Below are positions 39,881 through 49,747 of a stretch of DNA of 64,000 bases, piece after piece. The translations under genes were made by a program, and so were the position numbers. The stretch's first letter is position 1, and each line of letters opens with the position of its first letter. Below the pieces are notes generated by a model. The model saw nothing but the letters and a program-made list of their open reading frames with translations, had not been told where the DNA came from and searched no databases. Origin of the DNA: Acutalibacteraceae bacterium (lineage in GTDB: Bacteria > Bacillota > Clostridia > Oscillospirales > Acutalibacteraceae); contig JAZUIE010000012.1 in NCBI GenBank assembly GCA_045642125.1, positions 5,151 through 69,150 on the forward strand, given 5' to 3'.

Positions 39881-41317
39881 CTATTTAACCTTTCCGCAAA
39901 CCATATAAGAATTTTCGTTGTTCTTTTTAACATCTTTAGGCTCAATTCCCAGTTCTCTTGCGATAATTTCTATAACCTTAGGACCGCAGAAACCGCCCTG
40001 GCATCTTCCCATACCGGCTCTGAGTCTTCTCTTTATGGCGTCAACGCTTGTAGCGGGAATAGGCGAATGAATCGCATCTACGATTTCGCCTTCCGTTACC
40101 GTTTCACAGCGGCAGACTATGTTTCCGTAAAGCGGGTTTTCGAGAATTTTCTTATGCTGTTCTTCGGGGGTTAACTCGCAAATTCTCGTAATACCCTTTC
40201 TCTTGCTTATAAAGTTTTCCTTAAATTCCATTTTAAGGCCCATATTCTTTAAGAGATTTGCAACATAAGTTCCGCACGAAACGGAATTTGTAAGTCCCGT
40301 AGAACGAACGCCCGAAAGATTTACATAATGCTTACAGTCGTCATAGGTGTCTATGTTAAGACCATCGGGGTTTCTGGCGGCACGAAGACCGGCAAACTGC
40401 GTAATCGTATCGTTAAGCCTTACATTCGGAATTAACTTTTTAACATCTTGGCTTATTGACTCAAGACCTTCGGTGTTTGTCGATTTGTCGAGCTTGTCCG
40501 ATATGTCTTCGGCAGTAGGGCCTACAAGCATATTACCGTGAATGGTGGGGGTCATAAGCTTACCCTTTGTCGTAGCTGTGGGGATAGGCAAAACAATGTG
40601 GTTTACTTTGCAGCCCGTATTCTTGTCGAGTATATAAAACTGACCCTTTCTCGGGATAACCTTATAGTCGTCCTTTCCGACCATTGCGGCAACCTCGTCA
40701 CAGTAAAGACCGGCGGCATTAACTATGTAATCGGCTTCTATATATCCTTTTGTCGTTTCTGCGCCTAATACTCTGCCGTTTTCTTTTTTTATTCCCGTTA
40801 CCTTTGTGTTAAGCAGGAACTTTGCGCCGTTTGCAACCGCATTTTCAGCCATTGCAACAACATAAATAAAAGGGTCTATGATACTTTCTCTCGGTATGAA
40901 AAGACCGCCCTTAACATCGGGGTTAACATTAGGCTCCATTTCCAAAACCTGTTCTCTTGAGAGAAATTCTATATCATAAACCTTGTTTTTGAATGCTTTT
41001 TCTTTAATGGCGGGAAGCTCGTTAAGCTGCTCGTCCGTAACGGCAGGAAGAACTGCGCCTATTCTCTTAAACGGTATGTCAAGGTCGCTTGTGAGCTTGT
41101 CATACACGGGGTTTGCGGAAACAACAAGCTCGGACTCGAGTGTGCCCGGCTTTGCATCATATCCCGTATGAATAACAGCGGAGTTACTTTTAGAACAGTC
41201 GCCTCCGACATCTTCACGCATGTCAACACAAACCACATCAAGTTTGTATTTTGTAAGTTCACGGGTAATAGCCGTTCCGACAGCACCCGCACCGACAACC
41301 AAAACATCAGTTTTCAT
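39881..41317 (-). CDS. FAD-dependent oxidoreductase, glycerol-3-phosphate-dehydrogenase-like with BFD-type Fe-S C-terminus
   Basis: VLVVGAGAVGTAI N-terminal motif, plus C-terminal CRCETVTEGEIVDAI...GMGRCQGGFC. Confidence 0.78.
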   Translation of the reverse strand: MKTDVLVVGAGAVGTAITRELTKYKLDVVCVDMREDVGGDCSKSNSAVIHTGYDAKPGTLESELVVSANPVYDKLTSDLDIPFKRIGAVLPAVTDEQLNELPAIKEKAFKNKVYDIEFLSREQVLEMEPNVNPDVKGGLFIPRESIIDPFIYVVAMAENAVANGAKFLLNTKVTGIKKENGRVLGAETTKGYIEADYIVNAAGLYCDEVAAMVGKDDYKVIPRKGQFYILDKNTGCKVNHIVLPIPTATTKGKLMTPTIHGNMLVGPTAEDISDKLDKSTNTEGLESISQDVKKLIPNVRLNDTITQFAGLRAARNPDGLNIDTYDDCKHYVNLSGVRSTGLTNSVSCGTYVANLLKNMGLKMEFKENFISKRKGITRICELTPEEQHKKILENPLYGNIVCRCETVTEGEIVDAIHSPIPATSVDAIKRRLRAGMGRCQGGFCGPKVIEIIARELGIEPKDVKKNNENSYMVCGKVK

Positions 41318-41475
41318 AAGCGTACCCCCAAAAATAATGTTGTAAACCTTAAAAGATTGTTATAAAATTATCATACAACAAAACACCACAAAAGTCAACA
41401 AAACATCACAAAAATGTTGAAAATTTTTTTAATTTATGATAATATCGGGGTAACGGCAAAAGAAAGGGGACGCCT

Positions 41476-42258
41476 ATGTTATCTGACTCAAGACAAAACT
41501 TTATAAAAGAAGCCGCCTTTCGTGACGGCGAAGTTATAATAAGTGATATTGCCCAAGAGCTCGGAGTTTCGCTTGAAACGGTGCGCAGAGATATAAATGC
41601 GCTCTGTTTGGCGGGTGTGCTTTCCAAGGTTCACGGCGGTGCCGTTCCCGCACTTATTAACGAAAACGAGTACGAAAACAAGTACAGCGAGAGAAAAAAC
41701 ACAAACGGCATTGTAAAAAAACGGCTCGGCTACCGTATAGGAGAGATAGTAAAAGACTGCAAAACGCTTTTTTTATCTACGGGTACTACGGTCGAGTCAA
41801 TAGCGAATTTAGGCACAGGCCCTATAAAAACAACGGTTATAACGAACTCGGTCGCAACCGCCGAAACACTGTTAAATACGGCGACCGACAGCAAATATTT
41901 AGATGTTGTTTTGCTCGGCGGACGGGTAAACGCCGAAGAGCATTTTACCTATGGCTCGGAGGTTGTTTCGGGCATTAAAAAGTACCACGCCGATGTTGCG
42001 GTAATAAGCGCTGTCGGAATAGACGAAAAGGGCGCCATGTGTGCGTCTGCCGAAGAGGGCGCCGTAATAAGCGAAATGGTAAGAGCGTCTTCGAAGGTTA
42101 TTTTGGTGGCGGACAGTACGAAGTTCGGCAAAAAGTCGTTTTACAGGACCTGCCCCGTAAACAAAATAAACAAAGTTGTAACTGACGGAGAAAACCCGCT
42201 TTCGGAAGCAGTTTTGAAAGCTTTTAAGAAAGAAAAAGTAAAACTCGAAATAATTTAA
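41476..42258 (+). CDS. DeoR-family transcriptional regulator
   Basis: N-terminal HTH (ISDIAQELGVSLETVRRDINAL) and a C-terminal sugar-phosphate-sensor-like domain. It is divergent from the GlpA-like cluster. Confidence 0.85.
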   Translation: MLSDSRQNFIKEAAFRDGEVIISDIAQELGVSLETVRRDINALCLAGVLSKVHGGAVPALINENEYENKYSERKNTNGIVKKRLGYRIGEIVKDCKTLFLSTGTTVESIANLGTGPIKTTVITNSVATAETLLNTATDSKYLDVVLLGGRVNAEEHFTYGSEVVSGIKKYHADVAVISAVGIDEKGAMCASAEEGAVISEMVRASSKVILVADSTKFGKKSFYRTCPVNKINKVVTDGENPLSEAVLKAFKKEKVKLEII

Positions 42259-42300
42259 TCTTTAGGGTCAAAAAAACATATATTTATATATGTTAAATCA

Positions 42301-42329
42301 TTGACAAGCGATAATGTTTGTGCTAAAAT
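42301..42329 (+). promoter_or_regulatory. Sigma-A-type promoter of the aminotransferase gene
   Basis: TTGACA, 17-nt spacer, extended -10 TGcTAAAAT. A perfect 9-bp inverted repeat AACATATAT-TT-ATATATGTT lies just upstream (42275-42294). Confidence 0.6.
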
Positions 42330-42397
42330 TTATCTATCGGTGTGCGAAAAACATCGTTTTTTGGCATATCAGACTTAATTGAAAGAGGATTTTTACG

Positions 42398-43501
42398 ATG
42401 AACGAGAAAAAATGCGCAAAGAAATCTATTCTCTTCAGCCCCGGCCCCGTTATGGTAGAGGCTCCCGTTCGTAAGGCTTTAATGCATTACGATATTTGCC
42501 ATAGAAGCCCCGAGTTTGAAGAAATGTTCGCAAATGTTCAGGAAAAGGTTAAGCGTCTTTTTCAGGCGGACGACAGTTATTATTCGCTTATAGTATCGGG
42601 TTCGGGCACTTCGGCTAACGAAACCTGCTTAAGCTCCGTATTTAAGGGTGACGATATGGCTCTCCTTCTTAACAACGGTGTTTTCGGCGGCCGTTTAGAC
42701 GAAATTCTTACAAAGTATGAAGTTCCGACCGTTCGCCTTGAATTTGAGTGGGCAACCATGTTCGATATGGAAAAGGTTGAAGAAGCTCTCAAGGAAAACC
42801 CGAAGATTACATATATTTGTATGGTATTCCATGAAACAAGTACCGGTATGATTAACTCGGTACACGAAGTAGGCGAGCTTGCAAAGAAATACGGCAAACG
42901 CTTGTTTGTTGACTGCGTAAGTGCTGCCGCAGGTCAGTTCATTGATGTTGTTAACAACAACATTGATATTTGTACATCTGTTGGCGGTAAGTGCCTCGGT
43001 GCTTTCCCCGGCGCTGCTTACATCTGCGCTAAGAAAGATTTGCTCGACAGCGTTCCCGCAGAGCAGGGCAAGAATGTTTACCTTAACTTAGGTAAGCACT
43101 ATGATATTGCAAAGTCTAACCATCAGACTCCGAACACCCCGAATGTTACATTGTTCTGGGCTTTGGATGCCGCTCTTGACTGGACTCTTGACAGAGAAAC
43201 CTTAAAGGGCAGAGTTGCAAGATATAAAGAATGCGCAAAGATTTTGCGTGACGGTATGAAGGAAATGGGACTTAAGTTCCTTCTCCCCGAAGAGCAGATG
43301 GCAAATACCGTAACATCGGTATTCCTTCCCGAAGGTAAAGATGTTTCCAAGTTCGTTGCCGAAATGGCAGAAGACGGTTACACCGTTTATCCCGGCAAGG
43401 GCAAGTACTTCGTTATGATTATGTTCCAGGTTGCAAACATGGGCGCTATCTATCCGAAGGACTGCTACAAGTTCCTTAAGACTCTTAAGAAACACATCTG
43501 A
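42398..43501 (+). CDS. Class-V pyridoxal-phosphate aminotransferase (PhnW/serine-pyruvate type)
   Basis: 367-aa ORF with ILFSPGPV at the N-terminus, SGSGTSANE, and a candidate PLP lysine in SVGGKCLG. Confidence 0.75.
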   Translation: MNEKKCAKKSILFSPGPVMVEAPVRKALMHYDICHRSPEFEEMFANVQEKVKRLFQADDSYYSLIVSGSGTSANETCLSSVFKGDDMALLLNNGVFGGRLDEILTKYEVPTVRLEFEWATMFDMEKVEEALKENPKITYICMVFHETSTGMINSVHEVGELAKKYGKRLFVDCVSAAAGQFIDVVNNNIDICTSVGGKCLGAFPGAAYICAKKDLLDSVPAEQGKNVYLNLGKHYDIAKSNHQTPNTPNVTLFWALDAALDWTLDRETLKGRVARYKECAKILRDGMKEMGLKFLLPEEQMANTVTSVFLPEGKDVSKFVAEMAEDGYTVYPGKGKYFVMIMFQVANMGAIYPKDCYKFLKTLKKHI

Positions 43502-43517
43502 TAGAAACACTAAAACT

Positions 43518-43546
43518 AAAGGACGGTCAAAAGACCGTCCTTTTTT
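43518..43546. terminator. Bidirectional terminator
   Basis: AAAGGACGGTC-AAAA-GACCGTCCTTT followed by TTT. Confidence 0.65.
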
Positions 43547-43559
43547 ATATGATTATTTT

Positions 43560-44540
43560 TTAATAGTAAAAATCGCCTTCGGGTAATTTTCCGCCTATAA
43601 AGGCAGGGTTTTTATCGAATAAAACCTTGTAAAAGTTTTGGGCGCTTTTTTTAAGCTCGTTTCCCGTAACCGAAACGATATTACAATTAGGTATCGCTTT
43701 TTTTGCGATATTTTCGTCAACAATGCCGTATTTGCCTACGAGCTTTGCGCCGTTTTCGGGGTCGCCGTTAATAAACTCGGCACTCTTTTTATAGCCGTCT
43801 AAGAATGTTTTAACGGCTTCGGGGTTTTTATCGCAAAACTCTTTTCTTGCAAAAATACCGGCGGTGATAAACTCACTTTTTTTGTCCGCCTTTTCCCATT
43901 CGTCAGACAGGTCAAGACAAACATTAAGACCGCTTATTTTAGATTTTGCAACCGTAAGATACGGCTCGGGCAGTACGCAAATTATGTTTTCGCCCGAAGA
44001 CATAAGCCCCAAAATTTCGGACGGCTCGTTCTTAAATATGATGTTAACATCTTTTTCGCTGTCTAAACCGTTCTTCTCTAAAATGTGGCGGAACGCATAC
44101 TCGGGTACCGAGCCTTTGGCGGTCATATAAACGGTTTTTCCCTTAAGGTCGAACACCTTGTTTACGGTTTTTTCGCCGTTTTGTGCGACATAAACAACAC
44201 CTAAAGTAGAGACGCCGAGCATTTTAACCTTTTTGTCCGTCTTTGAATACAAAACAGCGCCCAAATTACTCGGAACTACGATTATATCAATATCGCCCTT
44301 AAGAAATTTAGGCGTTAATTCGTCTGCGGTACCTGCGAGAGTAAAATCGTAAGTTTTTTCGTCCGAAGACTCGTCTTCGTCAAGCATTTTTACAAGTCCC
44401 ATCGCCGTAGGCCCTTTAAGAGCACCTATGCGGACCTTTTCGCTCTCTGTATTTTTTTCGGTGTTTTGACTGCCACAGGCGACAAGCGAAAAAGCAAAGG
44501 CAAAAGACAGTAAAACTGCAATAATTTTTTTAAGATTCAT
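43560..44540 (-). CDS. Lipoprotein, NMT1/THI5-like ABC substrate-binding protein
   Basis: The internal ATG at 44538-44540 follows GGAAAAGGGGAA and gives MNLKKIIAVLLSFAFAFSLVACGS (signal peptide plus lipobox). The track merges it with the upstream amidase into a 594-aa ORF. Confidence 0.75.
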   Translation of the reverse strand: MNLKKIIAVLLSFAFAFSLVACGSQNTEKNTESEKVRIGALKGPTAMGLVKMLDEDESSDEKTYDFTLAGTADELTPKFLKGDIDIIVVPSNLGAVLYSKTDKKVKMLGVSTLGVVYVAQNGEKTVNKVFDLKGKTVYMTAKGSVPEYAFRHILEKNGLDSEKDVNIIFKNEPSEILGLMSSGENIICVLPEPYLTVAKSKISGLNVCLDLSDEWEKADKKSEFITAGIFARKEFCDKNPEAVKTFLDGYKKSAEFINGDPENGAKLVGKYGIVDENIAKKAIPNCNIVSVTGNELKKSAQNFYKVLFDKNPAFIGGKLPEGDFYY

Positions 44541-45344
44541 AAGAAATTCCCCTTTTCCGCAGACAAATTTACCATAAATCATAAAAATGTTGCGTTGCAA
44601 ATGCAACAAAAGGCAGAAAGCCGAGTTGTTCTCATTTTGCAGACAATTAAAAAAAGACGGATTACCCGTCTTTTTCGGTATTTCTATTTTGGTTTTTAAC
44701 ATTTTGTCCTTAACATCGAGCTTAAACTGTCGCCAAGCATCTTTGTTTTTAACATAGTATTTAGGACAGTCTTTACCCGTTATATCGTAATGTCTTATAA
44801 CATCGTTAAAATTAAGCCCCGAGTTTTTGCAAAGCCAAGCGGTAAGCTTTACGGCAGAATCGTATGCTTCCTTTGAAAACTTACCCGATTTATCCTTATG
44901 GCAAACCTCAACCGATATAGTATCAATGTTGCGGTTGTTACTTGCCGCCGACTTTTCATTTATCGGCAGACACTGTATTATTTCGCCGTCAATACCGACA
45001 ACGAAATGCGAACAGACCTCGGTGTCCTTTTGCGCAAAATAATCACGGTTGTTTTTAGCCGTTGTACCTGGGTTTGCCGTATAGTGAATAACTATATTTT
45101 CGACCGAGCTTAGTTTTTCGCCCGTTCTTGCCTTACCCTTTTTTATGTAGTCCTTTTTAACATAATCGGGGAGATGCGTTGTCCTTACATTAAGGTCTTT
45201 TCCGATAAAGTAGATGCCTTTTCCGTTTGAAAGGCGGTCGACCGTCACAAAAAAGCCTAAAACGAGAGCGATACAAACGGTTAAACACAAAATAAATTTG
45301 ACTGAGGGGCGCAGTTTCCTGCGCCCTGACTTTTTATTCTTCAA
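44541..45344 (-). CDS. N-acetylmuramoyl-L-alanine amidase (Amidase_2) with N-terminal TM; no in-frame stop before the next gene
   Basis: IVIHYTANPGTTAKNNRDYF and SHFVVGIDGEIIQCLP are amidase_2 motifs. The frame reads through a terminator hairpin (44649-44676) into the lipoprotein gene. Confidence 0.7.
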
Positions 45345-47034
45345 TTTGCTCTACACGACCTTCTAAATCTAAACTTTTAATATACGAAAGAGTTTCGGTA
45401 TACTTATCGTCAAGAGCGAACGAATGCCACGCATAGTCGCCGTCTTTTACATATATATTAAGCGACATTTGCGAGTCTGAAGAGAACAAAGGCTCAAGAT
45501 TTTTGGTGTTTAACTCTTTTTCGTAAATGTCTATAAGCTGTTTTGTTTCGCCGTATGTCATATAAGAGCCGTAAACGGAGTCGCTTTCTCCGTTTGCAAA
45601 ATCTACCTGATAAGCGGCACTCTTTTTGGCTTCCAGTTTAGCCTTTAAGGTGTTAAAACGGGCATCTCCTTTGGCGATAGCCAAAATTTCGTCTTTTGCC
45701 TTACTCTTATCTAAATTGATTTCGTAGTTGCGGTCAACGGTTTTGCCCGACTTTAGCGTATATTCTATTCCTACATTAGCCGTAATATATTTGTTTTTAC
45801 CGCTAAGCATTTTTTTGTCGTCCGTAAGCGCCTTATGAACAGCCAAAACCTCAGTGAAGTCACCGTCATAGTCCGCCTTAAAATCGTGGAGTGAAACGGT
45901 TGCACTTTTAATTTCCGATTTTTCGGGGAGATAGGTATTAAAGCCCGTAAGGTCCAATTTAACGAACAGTACACCGGCACACAAAACCGCAAATGCGACA
46001 ACACCTAATATATGCGATTTTTTTAAGGTCTTAAAGCCTCTGTATGTTATCGCTCCGTAGGTTACGGCGGCAAGTACTGCGCCTATAAGTCCGAACAAAA
46101 CGAACCTTAGCGAGTTTGCCGAACCGTCTGCAAAAACCGTGCCTATGGCATAGCTGCCGCAAATACTTATTATAACCGAGCAAACGCAGTACATATAGTT
46201 ATATGCGAACGCCTTACCTGCCGATTCCGATTTTCTGTACTTAAAGAGTATTAAGGAGAAAAGGGAAGACGCAAGTATTAAAATAAGACTTTTTATTATA
46301 AAGCTTAAAACCGTTACGGTTATTTTCTTTGTAAATACGAGCGTGTAGAATGCGCCGAACTCATAGATAAACGGCGAAACCGCTTTTAACATTTCTCCAA
46401 AGAAGCCCTCACTGTAACCGCCCAAAAATTCTTCGCAAAGACTTTCTGCTATTACGGCTGTTATAATAAGTCCGCCGTTTACCGCAAAGAACGAAACGAG
46501 AAAATCGAAAACGCTCGAGGCGGACACAACGAATATTAATGAAAACGAGCTAATTGCCAAAAGCACCAATGCCGAATATCCGAAGTTTACAAAAACTCTT
46601 AAAATAAAGTCCGTATTTCCGCTTATTAACGCCGTAATTGCCAACGAAAGAGAACACAAGAAAACGGGAATTAAAATAAGGACATATCCCGAAAGCGCCT
46701 TTGATATAAAAAGACTTCTTTTCTTAACGGGTAAACTGTCAACCATATCGGACGATGAGCGTTTATACATATAAGAAAAGTTTGCAACATTAAAGCCTGT
46801 TACACCGATAGCGCCGACAACCGAAATGCCGTAAATAAAGGCGTTTATCCACGCCGAAAGCATCATTCTGTATTCTGCGGACGGGCAGTCTTTTAACTGC
46901 ATTAACATATATACGGGACAAATAAGTAAAAAGCCTATCGAAATAAGCGCCATTATACCCGCATTTCTTTTTAAGGTAAAGCCGAAGAGATTAAGTGCGG
47001 GGTTTACCTTATTCGATGATGTTTTTGACATCAT
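45334..47034 (-). CDS. ABC-2-type transporter permease-like membrane protein with C-terminal extracytoplasmic domain
   Basis: 566-aa ORF with about 10 TM segments followed by about 190 soluble residues. It lies downstream of the ABC ATPase. Confidence 0.65.
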   Translation of the reverse strand: MMSKTSSNKVNPALNLFGFTLKRNAGIMALISIGFLLICPVYMLMQLKDCPSAEYRMMLSAWINAFIYGISVVGAIGVTGFNVANFSYMYKRSSSDMVDSLPVKKRSLFISKALSGYVLILIPVFLCSLSLAITALISGNTDFILRVFVNFGYSALVLLAISSFSLIFVVSASSVFDFLVSFFAVNGGLIITAVIAESLCEEFLGGYSEGFFGEMLKAVSPFIYEFGAFYTLVFTKKITVTVLSFIIKSLILILASSLFSLILFKYRKSESAGKAFAYNYMYCVCSVIISICGSYAIGTVFADGSANSLRFVLFGLIGAVLAAVTYGAITYRGFKTLKKSHILGVVAFAVLCAGVLFVKLDLTGFNTYLPEKSEIKSATVSLHDFKADYDGDFTEVLAVHKALTDDKKMLSGKNKYITANVGIEYTLKSGKTVDRNYEINLDKSKAKDEILAIAKGDARFNTLKAKLEAKKSAAYQVDFANGESDSVYGSYMTYGETKQLIDIYEKELNTKNLEPLFSSDSQMSLNIYVKDGDYAWHSFALDDKYTETLSYIKSLDLEGRVEQIEE

Positions 47035-47908
47035 AGCCGTTGCCCTCCATTTCGTAAATAAATATTTCTTCTAAAGTAGGCTCTATACATTCATAGAAAA
47101 CGGGGGAAAGTCCGCCTATAAACTTTTCTATTTTTTCTTTGTCGCCACGAACTACGAGCGTGACAACCGAGCCGCTTCTTTCGATTTTTAAGGTGTTAAG
47201 CTCACCGAAAATTTCCGTTTCGGGAACATTCGTAAACACCGCCTGAATTTTATGCATATCGTTACAAAGATTTGAGATTTCGCCTGTTCTTAAAAGCTTT
47301 CCGTTATGGATAAGCGCAATATGGTCGGCAATGTCTTCAAGCTCTTTTAGATTATGCGAAGCGATAACAACGGTTAAGTTGCTTTCCTCTATGGCAAGGG
47401 AGAGAATGTTTGCAAGTGTTCTTCGCATAACAACATCGAGTCCGTCAAACGCCTCGTCCATAAGAAGATATTTAGGTCTTGTCGATATAGCCAAGATTAA
47501 AGACGCCTGACGCTGCATTCCCTTAGAAAAAGACGAGATTTTTTTGTTTTCGTCAAGCGGGAATATTTTAAGCATATTTTTATATGCGTTGTAATCAAAG
47601 CTCTCATATAAAGACGCATAAAATTTTGCCATTTCTTTTAAGGTGCTTTGATTAAAGAAGTACGGTGTATCACCTAAAAAGGCGATTTTAGATTTAATAT
47701 AGGGGTTATCAAAGCTTTTTACACCGTCAACACCTATTACACCGTTGTCGGCTTTAAGTACACCCGCTATAAGCCTTAAAAGTGTAGACTTGCCCGAGCC
47801 GTTTGAACCCACAAGCCCGAAAATCGAGCCGTCTTTTATGGTGAACGAAACATTGTCGAGTGCGGTAAAGCCGTCAAATTTTTTTGTAACACCGGTAGCG
47901 GTTATCAT
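47009..47908 (-). CDS. ABC transporter ATP-binding protein
   Basis: GSNGSGKSTLL, FSKGMQRQASL, LLMDEAFDGLD. Confidence 0.9.
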   Translation of the reverse strand: MITATGVTKKFDGFTALDNVSFTIKDGSIFGLVGSNGSGKSTLLRLIAGVLKADNGVIGVDGVKSFDNPYIKSKIAFLGDTPYFFNQSTLKEMAKFYASLYESFDYNAYKNMLKIFPLDENKKISSFSKGMQRQASLILAISTRPKYLLMDEAFDGLDVVMRRTLANILSLAIEESNLTVVIASHNLKELEDIADHIALIHNGKLLRTGEISNLCNDMHKIQAVFTNVPETEIFGELNTLKIERSGSVVTLVVRGDKEKIEKFIGGLSPVFYECIEPTLEEIFIYEMEGNGYDVKNIIE

Positions 47909-48276
47909 ATATCACTTTCTCCTTTTACGGTTTTTATAAGTTCTTCCTTTGTAAGTCCCAAAGAAAGCGCCGCCTTTACGGCCTTTGCGAAATTTTCCGT
48001 TGCTTCGGCTTTTATGGCGCCGTTTACCGTTTCGTCATCGGAAATAAAAGAGCCTTTGCCCTTAACGGTACATATAATTTTCCGTTCTTCGAGCAGTAAG
48101 TATGCCTTTTGAACAGTGTTAGGGTTAACGGCGAGTTTTGAAGCAAGAGCCCTTACACTCGGGAGCTTTTCTCCGCTCTTCATAACACCGAGCGCCTTTA
48201 GTTTTACTATTCCGTTTACTATCTGTTCGCAAATGGAAATTCCGCTTTTGTAGTCGAGTTGTATCAATAAAGTCAC
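47905..48276 (-). CDS. GntR-family (YtrA-like) transcriptional regulator
   Basis: 123-aa ORF with EKLPSVRALASKLAVNPNTVQKAY. It has a 4-nt overlap with the ATPase gene. Confidence 0.85.
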   Translation of the reverse strand: MTLLIQLDYKSGISICEQIVNGIVKLKALGVMKSGEKLPSVRALASKLAVNPNTVQKAYLLLEERKIICTVKGKGSFISDDETVNGAIKAEATENFAKAVKAALSLGLTKEELIKTVKGESDI

Positions 48277-48418
48277 CTCTTTTTCAAGTGTACTATTGCA
48301 ATTAGTACAGTTGCATAATACACCCTTTTTTATTTTTTGTCAAGCAAATTTTCAAAATTTTGTATTTTTAGGCAAATTTGCGAAAAGATAAAAATGAAAA
48401 AAAGAAAGGAGTTTATTT

Positions 48419-49747
48419 ATGAAAAAATTACAAGCATTACTACTTGCCGCCCTTTTGGCGTTACTGCCTCTTGCGGGTTGCAAAAATGACAAAGGCACGG
48501 TTTATTTCCTTAATTTCAAACCCGAATCGGCAGGTATTTACAACGAGATTGTAAAGGCATACGAAAAAGAAACGGGTGTTAAGGTTAAGGTTGTAACCGC
48601 CGCCGCAAACACCTACGAGCAGACCTTAAAATCGGAAATTGCAAAGAAAAACGCACCGACAATTTTTCAGGTCAACGGCCCTATCGGTTATAAATCTTGG
48701 GCAAAGTACTGCGAAAAGCTAAACGACTCAAAGCTTTATTCGTATCTTTCGGACAAGAGTCTTGCAATAAAAGACAAAGAAAATGTTTATGCGATACCCT
48801 ATGTAATGGAAGGCTACGGTTTAATTTATAACGAAGAGTTAACCGATAAATATTTTGCCCTAACGGGACGCAACAATAATTATTCTTCAATGGAAGAAAT
48901 AAACAACTTTGCGGCACTTAAAACGGTCTGCGAAGATATGACCGCCAAAAAAGACGCACTCGGCATAGAAGGTGTTTTCGCATCGACTTCGCTTTCGTCA
49001 GGCGAAGACTGGCGTTGGCAGACGCATCTTCTTAACATTCCGCTTTACTATGAATTTTCAAAAAATGACGACTATCCCGACCCGACACTTGCGGGACTGA
49101 ACGCCAAAAAAATAGATTTCCGCTACGGTGAAAACTTTAAGAACATTTTCGATTTATATACCGACAACTCTGTAACCGAAAAAAAGCTTTTAGGCTCTAA
49201 ATCGGTTGAAGACTCAATGGCGGAATTTGCGCAAAGAAAGGTCGTTTTCGTTCAAAACGGAAACTGGGCTTGGTCGCAGATTAACAATGTTTCGGGTAAT
49301 AAGGTTAAAAAAGATAAGGTTAAATTTTTACCCGTTTATATGGGAATTGACGGCGAAGAAGAGCAGGGACTTTGTATAGGCACCGAAAACTATCTTGCCA
49401 TAAACAAAAACGCTTCCGCCGAGTCGAAGAAGGCATCGCTCGACTTTTTAGACTGGCTTTTCTCTTCGAAAACGGGCAAAAGATATGTTACAAAAGAGCT
49501 TAATTTTATAACACCCTTTAACACATTTACCGAAAAAGAGCTTCCGAGCGACCCGCTTGCAAAAGAGGTTATAAGATATCTAAACGACTCGGAAAAAAAG
49601 ACAATTCCGTTTGTTTTCGCATCCTTCCCCAACGAAACATTTAAGTCAGATGTCGGAAGTGCGCTTTTAAGTTATGTTCAGGGTGATATTGACTATGAAC
49701 AGGTAGCAAAGAGTATTGCCGACAGCTGGAAAAGAGAAAGGAAATAA
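48419..49747 (+). CDS. Sugar ABC transporter substrate-binding lipoprotein
   Basis: Signal peptide with lipobox LPLAGC. The size and position are appropriate, ahead of two MalFG-type permeases. Confidence 0.85.
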   Translation: MKKLQALLLAALLALLPLAGCKNDKGTVYFLNFKPESAGIYNEIVKAYEKETGVKVKVVTAAANTYEQTLKSEIAKKNAPTIFQVNGPIGYKSWAKYCEKLNDSKLYSYLSDKSLAIKDKENVYAIPYVMEGYGLIYNEELTDKYFALTGRNNNYSSMEEINNFAALKTVCEDMTAKKDALGIEGVFASTSLSSGEDWRWQTHLLNIPLYYEFSKNDDYPDPTLAGLNAKKIDFRYGENFKNIFDLYTDNSVTEKKLLGSKSVEDSMAEFAQRKVVFVQNGNWAWSQINNVSGNKVKKDKVKFLPVYMGIDGEEEQGLCIGTENYLAINKNASAESKKASLDFLDWLFSSKTGKRYVTKELNFITPFNTFTEKELPSDPLAKEVIRYLNDSEKKTIPFVFASFPNETFKSDVGSALLSYVQGDIDYEQVAKSIADSWKRERK

